Virus record (IMG/VR): IMGVR_UViG_3300045988_087221
DNA: 64,000 nt
Strand: one strand, 5' to 3'
Origin: a virus
The notes under the pieces are model-generated. The model searched no databases. It was not told where the DNA came from and saw nothing but the letters and a program-made list of their open reading frames with translations. Made by a program: the position numbers and the translations under genes. Below are positions 29,317-36,597 of the stretch, one piece after another (within the stretch, counting starts at the first letter, position 1; every line of letters begins with the position of its first letter).

Positions 29317-29754
29317 TTATTTGCTAAAATTACTTATTCTTAAATATTTGCCTGTATAAATAATCTCAGAAGATACTATATGTCCATACTTATTTTCAAA
29401 GTATTCAGCACCCTTTGGAACTATAAACGTAGCTATACAACAGAACTTATATCCTTCTAAAGATTCTTCCAAATCCTTGATATAATTACCTAGACATAAA
29501 CATCTAGTTGGATAAGAGTTGTCATCTATAGCTACCCATTTATAAGAATGGTAACCTTTATCTATCGTATAAACACCTATACAAGGACTATAAGTTACTA
29601 AAGGGACTATTCTATTAAGACATTTAGGAGCATAGTTATACCCCCTAATATCACTAATAAAAATATTATTCCATACAATCTTCCCTATTTTATAGACATA
29701 GAAATCTCTTTCAGCTATCTTTTTAATAGCTGTATCATCGCCTGTCCAACACAT
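29317..29754 (-). CDS. MC(W/F)-N-terminus paralog family protein, copy 6
   Basis: Starts MCW, with DKGYHSY, FIVPKGAEY and HIVSSEIIYTG. Confidence 0.65.
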   Translation of the reverse strand: MCWTGDDTAIKKIAERDFYVYKIGKIVWNNIFISDIRGYNYAPKCLNRIVPLVTYSPCIGVYTIDKGYHSYKWVAIDDNSYPTRCLCLGNYIKDLEESLEGYKFCCIATFIVPKGAEYFENKYGHIVSSEIIYTGKYLRISNFSK

Positions 29755-29756
29755 AA

Positions 29757-29975
29757 TTATTTAACTAATTTATAGTCGCCAATTTCAAATCCTGCTTCTG
29801 TAGTATCTAAAGACCAAACTTCAGGAAATACATTAAGACCATCAAATGAATGACACTCTACTTCTATGCTGTTACTAGTTCTATCTATATTAAGAACCTT
29901 AAACCACATAGGTTTCTGACACCCTTTCCACGCTTGGGAAAAGATGTCATTTACCTGTAATATTACTTTGTCCAT
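29757..29975 (-). CDS. hypothetical protein
   Basis: 72-aa ORF. Confidence 0.5.
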   Translation of the reverse strand: MDKVILQVNDIFSQAWKGCQKPMWFKVLNIDRTSNSIEVECHSFDGLNVFPEVWSLDTTEAGFEIGDYKLVK

Positions 29976-30256
29976 TCTGAATCAATATTAAGAAGTCTAA
30001 ATACGCCTCTAACAGTATACATAAGATGCTCATCAGGTTTCATATTTTTCCATATCTGATAAGCTAGTTCAGCATATTCTTTCTTTTCAAATCTGAAAGT
30101 GCCGAACATTCTCTTATCAGAGCTAACATAGTAACCATGTTCATCTTTACTAATAGTGTACTCAGGCTTCTTATCAAGCTTTACACGTAATGCATTATAC
30201 ATTACATTTTGCTCTCCCGGACTTAGTGAATCAATAATTTTATTTATATCTTTCAT
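29963..30256 (-). CDS. hypothetical protein
   Basis: 97-aa ORF. Confidence 0.5.
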   Translation of the reverse strand: MKDINKIIDSLSPGEQNVMYNALRVKLDKKPEYTISKDEHGYYVSSDKRMFGTFRFEKKEYAELAYQIWKNMKPDEHLMYTVRGVFRLLNIDSEWTK

Positions 30257-30267
30257 ATGTTAATGTG

Positions 30268-30543
30268 TTATTTAATTTTCAATTTTGATTTATACCTTTT
30301 ATTATCAAATAATTTGTAAAGACTGCAAACTATTAGCGCCCTGTCGGGACTCTTAAATGGAGTGCTTCGAAGACTTCTTGGCAAATCATTCTTATATCCT
30401 TTTGAAACGCGTAGAAAATATTTGCCATATCTACACTTTACAGAATATTTATTTTTATGTTTTGTTGGCATACCAGTTAGATATAGTAGGTTAAGTAAAC
30501 CCATTCTGCCAACTTTTCTATTTAAATTATGTATTCTACCCAT
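30268..30543 (-). CDS. hypothetical basic protein
   Basis: 91-aa ORF, Lys/Arg-rich. Confidence 0.5.
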   Translation of the reverse strand: MGRIHNLNRKVGRMGLLNLLYLTGMPTKHKNKYSVKCRYGKYFLRVSKGYKNDLPRSLRSTPFKSPDRALIVCSLYKLFDNKRYKSKLKIK

Positions 30544-30566
30544 GTGTTAATGTGTTATTTAATTAA

Positions 30567-30605
30567 ACAATAAAAGAGCCTAACTAGATTAACTAATTAG
30601 ACTCT
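30567..30605 (-). terminator. hairpin plus U-tract terminator after the tRNA island
   Basis: 13-bp stem (30575-30605). Its two imperfect positions are G:U only in the minus-sense RNA. Followed by CTTTTATTG. Confidence 0.55.
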
Positions 30606-30637
30606 CTAAAATGTAATAATATGATAAAAGAAATAAG

Positions 30638-30711
30638 TCCGTGTTGAGGGACTTGAACCCCCGACCACTTAGGTATAAGCTGAGCACTCTAACCAACTGA
30701 GTTAAACACGG
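30638..30711 (-). tRNA. tRNA-Ile (anticodon TAT)
   Basis: Cloverleaf: acceptor CCGTGTT/AACACGG, D ACTC..GAGT, anticodon loop CTTATAC, T GGGGG-TTCAAGT-CCCTC. One C-A mismatch in the anticodon stem. Confidence 0.8.
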
Positions 30712-30954
30712 ATTAAAAAGTGCCTAAGGGTCGCTACTTCCTCTCCTCCCTAATTGCTAGCAGGGTATGCACTTGCCACTAAGACACTTAGCGCTTTAGG
30801 CTTTTTAAGGAGCCTTAACTTATTAAAGTTCTCACATATATTCATAACCAAAAACAGATAAATAATTCCATTTTCACAAACAGAACTTTTACCGAAAACT
30901 TAGAAAATTTTCAAACTTATGAGTATAAAACATCGAATATGAATAATAATAGAG

Positions 30955-31027
30955 TAAATACGGACAGACTCGAACTGCCAACCTCCGGATTAGTGTCCGT
31001 TGCTCTATCCAATTGAGCTACGCATTC
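30955..31027 (-). tRNA. tRNA-like gene with a 6-nt anticodon loop CACTAA (contains CTA); identity undetermined or pseudo
   Basis: Good acceptor (GAATGCG/CGTATTT), D arm (GCTC..GAGC) and T arm (GGCAG-TTCGAGT-CTGTC). The anticodon stem CGGA/TCCG encloses only 6 nt. Confidence 0.5.
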
Positions 31028-31186
31028 CACTACGAATCTCACGTAGATGCTATTCTAGTATACACAATAGCTAATTCTAGTTAGTTGATTATGTGCCACC
31101 ACATACTGCCATACTATTCAGTCAGACAGCCTATTCCAGGGATTAAGCATCTGGACATGCTTTTATACTAGTATTGCTATATAGCC

Positions 31187-31750
31187 TTATTTATATGCAT
31201 AAAGACATATGTTTTTATTATTACTTAGTATTTTACTTAATTGCTTAAACTTTATAGGACTTATAACAAAACAACCTTCACTTACATTCATTGGTGCATA
31301 AATAGGATAAGTTGGAATATCACTAACAGTATAGTAAGGATGAATTAATAACATTCTTTGTTTTGCATTACTATTGGTATTAGATAATCCTTCTAGTATG
31401 TAACTAGGTAAGTTTAATCTTGTTATATTATAACCTCCTACTTTATAAAATCCTAAAGAAGAACAATGACTCCCTAACTTATTACTAAATACGGGATGAT
31501 CTTTTGTACTTCCTAAACCCATTCCATGAGCACATAAACTTTCTAGTACCACAGTTTTCTTATGTAAATCATATACATAAAATCTATTTTTACCAGAATG
31601 TTTATTAAAATCAACAAATATAATATAGTTAGTATTCATATTGTATTTATTTACATATTGAATACCTTTATTAATTACTTGTTGAGACAGCTCATCATGT
31701 GAACAACTTACACATAATAAGCTAATTAAAAATATTAATATTTGCTTCAT
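31187..31750 (-). CDS. lipoprotein, L,D-transpeptidase (YkuD_2)-like
   Basis: Lipobox LLCVSC. C-terminal H..(n)..SEGCFV resembles the LDT His/Cys active site. Standard code. Confidence 0.5.
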   Translation of the reverse strand: MKQILIFLISLLCVSCSHDELSQQVINKGIQYVNKYNMNTNYIIFVDFNKHSGKNRFYVYDLHKKTVVLESLCAHGMGLGSTKDHPVFSNKLGSHCSSLGFYKVGGYNITRLNLPSYILEGLSNTNSNAKQRMLLIHPYYTVSDIPTYPIYAPMNVSEGCFVISPIKFKQLSKILSNNKNICLYAYK

Positions 31751-31775
31751 ATCTAATTAAAATTTCCAATTTTGT

Positions 31776-32921
31776 TTATTTGGATATATAATTGCCATTT
31801 CTATCCTTGTAAGGATGTTCCTTTGTACCTGGTCGGTGAACTCCTGTAATACCCCAATCTAAAGTAGGACCTTGTTCAGAAACCATAAACTTACTAATCG
31901 GGTCTAACGATATAGTACCATTAACATTATGTAAAATGTAAGTTCCTCTTTTATTATTATGGTTTGGCTGAATAACTACTCCAGTATGTGAATTACTTCT
32001 ATTCAAAGTACCATTATTCCATGCCTCATCATTATGCGCTGAATTAGCAGAATATAAATCAACCATATCACCTTGCTAAAAATCGATATTGTTAAAATTA
32101 GCTTGAACAGCTGCAGATGCAGCAAGATTCTATAGTGTATGGGTAACTTTGTTGTAACCTCCAACTTTAGGAAGATATTTATAACCATTAAATATGGTAG
32201 AATCTCCATAAACACCTCGACCATCCCAAGCATTCATATCAGTTTTATGAGGACCAAGAACTCTTTCAATCTAGTTACGTGTCATAGCACACTATGTAAC
32301 TTTACCTGTTTTAGGGTTATACAAACTATATGTACCATCCCCATTAGGTACTAAACCTAAGTCTCCCATTCGAGACCCTCCAACTTTATGTCCAGTTCTA
32401 TCCTTATCAAATGCTGTATATGCATCATCTTTATATCTCCATGGTTTACTATTTGCATAACTATTTTGAGAGACTCTTTGTTCATCAGGGGTTCCATTAA
32501 CTAAATCCACAATAGGTTTAACTATATTTTTACCAAACCAATTTAATTTTGGAGCTGATGAAGTTTGATTAAATCGAGCATTATCTGCATCTTGTAGTTT
32601 CTACTATTTCTATTTTTGATAACTCTACCAAGCAGCTTCACTTTGTTTACCCCAATCTCCATCAATAGCTAGTTTATAACCTTTGTTGACTAGTTCTTTC
32701 TGTTTAGCTAAAGCCCCGGCTATATCATAACCAGCACCATGCTTAGCCATCAATCTAGCATTATAACTCCTAGATTTAGCCCTTCGCTAATTAATTGTAT
32801 TAGTAGCTCTCTAATTCATCTATTTTACTTTTCTTAATCTTGAATTAGTAAAATCCTGCATTTTCTATCTCTGTACTCCAATAATGTTTCCAAGATAACT
32901 ATTTTCAAAATTTCCTGTCAT
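31776..32921 (-). CDS. endolysin-like cell-wall hydrolase (PG-binding domain plus CHAP/NlpC-like Cys-His domain), TAG-recoded
   Basis: A single 381-codon frame links track ORFs 31776-32066 and 32292-32510 only if 12 in-frame TAG are sense codons. LVNKGYKLAIDGDWGKQSEAAW is a PG_binding_1 motif. A QCAMT Cys and SHTGVVI His follow. Ends in TAA. Confidence 0.7.
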
Positions 32922-33006
32922 AAATATTAATATTTAAGTTATTATTTTTAATTGATTAATCACTTATTTAGTATATATCTAGAACATAGAAATTACTAAT
33001 TAATTA

Positions 33007-33040
33007 AAACTCATACTACTTTCACAAGCAATATGAGTTT
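33007..33040 (-). repeat. conserved-loop hairpin R6
   Basis: 9-bp stem aaactcata/tatgagttt. Loop (minus sense) TTGCTTGTGAAAGTAG matches the family consensus. Confidence 0.6.
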
Positions 33041-33210
33041 AAAATGAAAGATAAAAATCTTCTACAAATCCAAAAATTCTACATTACTTATAAATTTTCA
33101 CAAATTCATAGTAATTATAAATAATTTCCATTTTCTCAAAACATAAATAATCAATTATGTGATTCGGACGGGACTTGAACCCGTACAGTCATTCCTGACC
33201 AAGGGATTTT

Positions 33211-33782
33211 CCTACCACACTTGCTTTTACACAAGCTAACTTAAATAAAGGGATTCGAACCCTTAATCCTCAAGAGATATTTAACGACGACTTTAGAGGC
33301 GCTTCCGTCAATCTGCTGCCGTATACCAATTCCGCCATATTTAAGTTATTGTGGTCTGGACTATTTTACTACCATATTAGAAATCTTGCAAGTAAGTATA
33401 TAAGGTTTAATCTAACCTCTAATAGCAGTCTGCTCCCCTTATTTCTGCGAATCTTGCCAGTTTAATTTTAAATATACAATTTCTAACTTAGGTATCTCCT
33501 CTATAGTCTCTACGCCATTTATGCTGTAACACTTCAATTTACATTTAAGATAGATTAGCGTTCTATCACAATTTAGTTCGCCATCGCCAAAATCTTATGT
33601 CACCATAGATGAGGTTTCTGTTGCAAGTCAATTAGATTTCTGAATACTGCTTCTATAATCATTACTCTGTTTCTTACACAGACGCTAACCTTTTTACAAT
33701 TAGTAATTAACTTGTTTAATTAGGGAGATTCTACTTCTGACCTTTCGTATCAGAGCACTCAAAACTGAATAAAGTATTTTTT
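33211..33782 (-). ncRNA. group I intron (IC3-like) in the anticodon loop between U34 and A35
   Basis: P1 ACUU^AAAA pairs with UUUUGAGU, with U-G at the splice site. The terminal nucleotide is G. The core GUAGAGACUAUAGAGGAGAUACCUAAG resembles the cyanobacterial tRNA-Leu intron P7/P3/P8 (GCAGAGACUCGACGGGAGCUACCCUAACG). P7' is AUAGUCCA. Confidence 0.75.
33239..33345 (-). ncRNA. tRNA-like element nested in the intron P9 loop
   Basis: Perfect 7-bp acceptor, Leu-like D arm GGCGGAATTGGTATAC, and canonical T arm AAGGG-TTCGAAT-CCCTT. The central arm GACGG/TCGTC carries a 14-nt loop containing CTCTAAA. 106-107 nt. Confidence 0.45.
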
Positions 33783-33871
33783 AAGTCCCTCGTGTCTACC
33801 AATTCCACCACCGAACCATTTGGCAGTTTTAGTATTTAACGTCTAAGTGGAATAATACTGCCAACCTTTAG

Positions 33872-33905
33872 ACAAAAAAGGAGCAACTAATTATCTGCTA
33901 GTTGC
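33872..33905 (-). terminator. hairpin plus U-tract terminator
   Basis: GCAACTA/TAGTTGC stem followed on the minus strand by TCCTTTTTTG. Confidence 0.55.
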
Positions 33906-34091
33906 CAACAATATTTGGGAAAAAACCAACATGTAATTTATGGGGTTGGTATTCTTATTTTTCAAACAAATTAAATCCGTTCAACATCATAGTCATATCC
34001 AATACCAATGTTCTCTAATAACCACGATGGATCATCCAATACATAATCATCTGGAACTTCTACTGTTACTTTTAATACTATCTTTTTCATA

Positions 34092-34451
34092 TTATAATTG
34101 TTCTAAAATTCCTTTTGCAATATATGAAGACACTTCTCTAGTAGTGTGATAAGAATCATTAAGTACTAAAATATACTTATCTTTATCATCAGGTTTCTTA
34201 GTTAATTCAGATATATATTTCTTATTAATTAAGAATCCTTTAGTTACTACTATATAATCAAGACACAATTTCTTAGTAATACTAGTTAAAGAACAACCAA
34301 TAGTAAACTTTCTATTATCCTTAGTTATTATTAAGACATATTTATCTAATGTCTCTAAACTAACAATATTCTCTACATTTATTTGTCTGTATTCAATGCC
34401 TTTAAATACAAGAAATGTATCAGAATCAATCTGTATTGTTTTTATTTCCAT
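34092..34451 (-). CDS. LytTR-type DNA-binding domain protein (candidate regulator)
   Basis: 119 aa. The pattern I..IVSLE......IITKD.....SL..I...L.....V.KGFLINKKYI is LytTR-like. Confidence 0.45.
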   Translation of the reverse strand: MEIKTIQIDSDTFLVFKGIEYRQINVENIVSLETLDKYVLIITKDNRKFTIGCSLTSITKKLCLDYIVVTKGFLINKKYISELTKKPDDKDKYILVLNDSYHTTREVSSYIAKGILEQL

Positions 34452-34464
34452 ATTATTTATTTAA

Positions 34465-34854
34465 TTAACCCATAATAAAGTGAGCACTTACGATATTCTC
34501 AGGATGATGAATAGTCTTAGCTAATTCATCTTTTGCCCATTTTTCAATAGCAGAATGTTTAACACCTGGAGCAATTTCGTGATAATACATTAAATCATAT
34601 ACTTTACCATTCTTAAAGGTTACACGTATTTGAAAAGTAGGGTCTACTCCATCTTCTATGAGTTTATCTGCTTCTTCTCTAGTTACCATATAACTAAATA
34701 ATGGATTAGAAAGATGTTCCTCCCAAAATTGCTTCTCTAGTTTAGCTAACTCTGCTCGTGCATATTTAAGCACATTCTTACAACCTAACTTCTCGGCACT
34801 ATCTATTTGCGCCAATAGTTTGGTCTTTTTAATAAAACGTTCTTCTCTTGTCAT
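34465..34854 (-). CDS. hypothetical protein
   Basis: 129-aa ORF. Confidence 0.55.
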   Translation of the reverse strand: MTREERFIKKTKLLAQIDSAEKLGCKNVLKYARAELAKLEKQFWEEHLSNPLFSYMVTREEADKLIEDGVDPTFQIRVTFKNGKVYDLMYYHEIAPGVKHSAIEKWAKDELAKTIHHPENIVSAHFIMG

Positions 34855-35040
34855 AATTTTATCTGTTAATGTGTTAATAATCTATTTAAATAATAGGCGA
34901 TTTTCACTGGTTATATTTAAACTATTCCATTGTCCTCAGCTATCTAACGTTCCTTCTCTTTTTAACCCAAATGATTAATTTTAAGGTGATTACGCTATTT
35001 AATAGAGTCACTGAGAGTTGTTTAGTACCTATTAAAATTG

Positions 35041-35111
35041 TTGGACTACCCAGATTCGAACTGGGGCTGACAGAACCAAAATCTGTAGTGCTACCATTAC
35101 ACCATAGTCCA
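35041..35111 (-). tRNA. tRNA-Gln (anticodon TTG)
   Basis: Acceptor TGGACTA/TAGTCCA (U1:A72), D GTGT-AATGGTA-GCAC, anticodon loop TTTTGGT, T CCCAG-TTCGAAT-CTGGG. Confidence 0.9.
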
Positions 35112-35113
35112 AT

Positions 35114-35141
35114 AAAATACTATTCTCACGAACCATATTTT
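35114..35141 (-). repeat. conserved-loop hairpin R0
   Basis: AT stem aaaata/tatttt. Loop (minus sense) TGGTTCGTGAGAATAG. Lies 3 nt upstream of tRNA-Gln. Confidence 0.45.
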
Positions 35142-35175
35142 CCAACTACAAGTTCACAATTTGTCATAAATGTTG

Positions 35176-35263
35176 CGGAGAAAGAAAGATTCGAACCTTC
35201 GAGCCACATAACATGACTAACACCTTAGCAGGGTGCCGCTTTAGACCACTCAGCCATTTCTCC
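35176..35263 (-). tRNA. tRNA-Ser (anticodon GCT)
   Basis: Type II: acceptor GGAGAAA/TTTCTCC, G73, anticodon loop CTGCTAA, long variable arm, T GAAGG-TTCGAAT-CTTTC. Confidence 0.85.
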
Positions 35264-35268
35264 AATAG

Positions 35269-35341
35269 GGTCACGCTAGGGATTCGAACCCTGTACTGTA
35301 GTCTCACAAACTACCGTGTTACCAGTTACACTAGACGGACC
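35269..35341 (-). tRNA. tRNA-His (anticodon GTG), imperfect acceptor
   Basis: G-1 present. D GTGT..ACAC and anticodon arm GTAGT-TTGTGAG-ACTAC are clean. The acceptor needs two bulges and the T stem has a C-A mismatch. Confidence 0.6.
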
Positions 35342-35346
35342 ATAAT

Positions 35347-35374
35347 GGCTTCCTATCTTCACAGACCAGAAGCC
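35347..35374 (-). repeat. conserved-loop hairpin R1
   Basis: Stem ggcttc/gaagcc. Loop (minus sense) TGGTCTGTGAAGATAG. Lies 5 nt upstream of tRNA-His. Confidence 0.6.
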
Positions 35375-35458
35375 TAACAACTCTTTAACGTTATAAAATC
35401 CACTGATTTTATATTTTAAACATTAATCGTATTAGTTTTATAAAATAATATGAAAGAG

Positions 35459-35531
35459 CAGCACTAACGAGACTCGGACTCGTTTTTCCACCTTGAAAGA
35501 GTGGCGTCCTAACCAGGTAGACGATAGTGCC
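35459..35531 (-). tRNA. tRNA-Glu (anticodon TTC)
   Basis: Acceptor GGCACTA/TAGTGCT, anticodon arm CCACT-CTTTCAA-GGTGG, T ACGAG-TCCGAGT-CTCGT. Confidence 0.85.
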
Positions 35532-35535
35532 AAGT

Positions 35536-35566
35536 AGATTCTCTATCTATCGCAGACCAAGAATCT
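35536..35566 (-). repeat. conserved-loop hairpin R2
   Basis: Stem agattct/agaatct. Loop (minus sense) TGGTCTGCGATAGATAG. Lies 4 nt upstream of tRNA-Glu. Confidence 0.6.
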
Positions 35567-35609
35567 CAGATAAATTTACATGTTTTTACGATTAAGTTAA
35601 ATCTCTATG

Positions 35610-35683
35610 CGCACCCTGCAGGATTCGAACCTGCGACATCAAAATTAACAGTTTTGCGTTCTAACCAACTGAACTAAGGGTAC
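35610..35683 (-). tRNA. tRNA-Asn (anticodon GTT)
   Basis: Acceptor GTACCCT/AGGGTGC, D GTTC..GAAC, anticodon arm CAAAA-CTGTTAA-TTTTG, T GCAGG-TTCGAAT-CCTGC. Confidence 0.9.
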
Positions 35684-35687
35684 AAAT

Positions 35688-35716
35688 CTTCACCTATTTA
35701 TCACAAACCAGTGAAG
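35688..35716 (-). repeat. conserved-loop hairpin R3
   Basis: Stem cttcac/gtgaag. Loop (minus sense) TGGTTTGTGATAAATAG. Lies 4 nt upstream of tRNA-Asn. Confidence 0.6.
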
Positions 35717-35753
35717 CACCAATTTAAAACGAATATTCTTTTAAGAGAATCGG

Positions 35754-35839
35754 TGTTCCCTATGGGATTCGAACCCATGACCCTCGGATTAAAAGTCCGA
35801 TGCTCTCAAGCCTTACGGAACCAACTGAGCTAAGGGAAC
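35754..35839 (-). tRNA. tRNA-Lys (anticodon TTT) with a 12-nt insertion in the D-loop
   Basis: Acceptor GTTCCCT/AGGGAAC, anticodon arm TCGGA-CTTTTAA-TCCGA, T ATGGG-TTCGAAT-CCCAT. The D region is GCTC-AGTTGGTT[CCGTAAGGCTTG]A-GAGC. Confidence 0.7.
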
Positions 35840-35847
35840 TAATTTTG

Positions 35848-35937
35848 CATACGGAGTAGGATTCGAACCCACGTTGTTTAACTCTCGTCTCTATAGGTTT
35901 TGGAGACCTACCCTTTCGACCACTCAGGCATCCGTAC
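35848..35937 (-). tRNA. type II (Ser-like) tRNA with anticodon CCA
   Basis: Acceptor GTACGGA/TCCGTAT, G73, Ser-like D arm GCCTGAGTGGTCGAAAGGG, perfect anticodon stem TAGGT/ACCTA with loop CTCCAAA, 21-nt variable region, T GTGGG-TTCGAAT-CCTAC. Confidence 0.65.
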
Positions 35938-35941
35938 ATAG

Positions 35942-36014
35942 TGGAGATACGTGGAATCGAACCACAATCTCGGGATTTTCAGTCCCGCGCTCTGACCTTC
36001 TAAGCTATATCTCC
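35942..36014 (-). tRNA. tRNA-Phe (anticodon GAA)
   Basis: Acceptor GGAGATA/TATCTCC, anticodon arm CGGGA-CTGAAAA-TCCCG, T GTGGT-TCGATTC-CACG region. Confidence 0.9.
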
Positions 36015-36247
36015 ATAGCCCACATTTCTATAAGTAGAATAGTGGTAAGAACTTTGCCCAAATAGGCATAACACACTAACAAAATATGATTAATTACAAT
36101 AAATTCAAATTAAAGTGATAGCGTCTTCTCATATCATGGCTGGTGATTGTAGAAACTCTACATACATGAGGCACTAAGAGAATCATTTCTCTCCCGTTAC
36201 TTCCCAAATTTAGACCAAATCTCCATAATTAGATAGCTAACTAATTA

Positions 36248-36440
36248 CAAAAATTAAAGGATTCGAACCCCTGTTTCTATCACTATATTTAAAATAGTTA
36301 TACTGATTGCAGGCTGTTAATTAATTAGCTATCTTAACTAACAGTTATTTCATATTAATCTTACCTAAGTAAGCTTGCGCAATATTTTGAAACTAAACAC
36401 TTATTGCCTATCCATCACTCACAGCTGCTAGATAATTTAA
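36248..36440 (-). ncRNA. possible third expanded tRNA-like RNA (P3)
   Basis: T arm AGGGG-TTCGAAT-CCTTT, AT-only partial acceptor, D-like arm CTAGC..GATAG, several internal hairpins. The weakest member of the family. Confidence 0.3.
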
Positions 36441-36499
36441 TTGTGTCCTATACTTCCTCTGGGAGGAGAGTATCAATATAACTTAAAATAAATATCAAT

Positions 36500-36582
36500 T
36501 TAAAAAGAAAGTTTAGTGGACTTTGAGTGCTAGATATATTAAATAGTACATCCTAAATAATACTCTAGTTATCCACCAAACT
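36500..36582 (-). terminator. long imperfect hairpin plus U-tract (terminator or small RNA)
   Basis: 11-bp outer stem AGTTTGGTGGA/TCCACTAAACT, inner stem CTAGA/TCTAG, followed by TTCTTTTTA on the minus strand. Confidence 0.4.
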
Positions 36583-36597
36583 TATCTCTGAAGAAAC

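Larger units (their letters stand above)
33160..33817 (-). tRNA. tRNA-Leu (anticodon TAA) interrupted by a group I intron
   Basis: 5' exon 33783-33817 is GGTTCGGTGGTGGAATTGGTAGACACGAGGGACTT. 3' exon 33160-33210 is AAAATCCCT plus variable arm plus ACGGG-TTCAAGT-CCCGT plus CCGAATC-A. Joined, they give an 86-nt type II cloverleaf with loop CTTAAAA. Confidence 0.8.
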
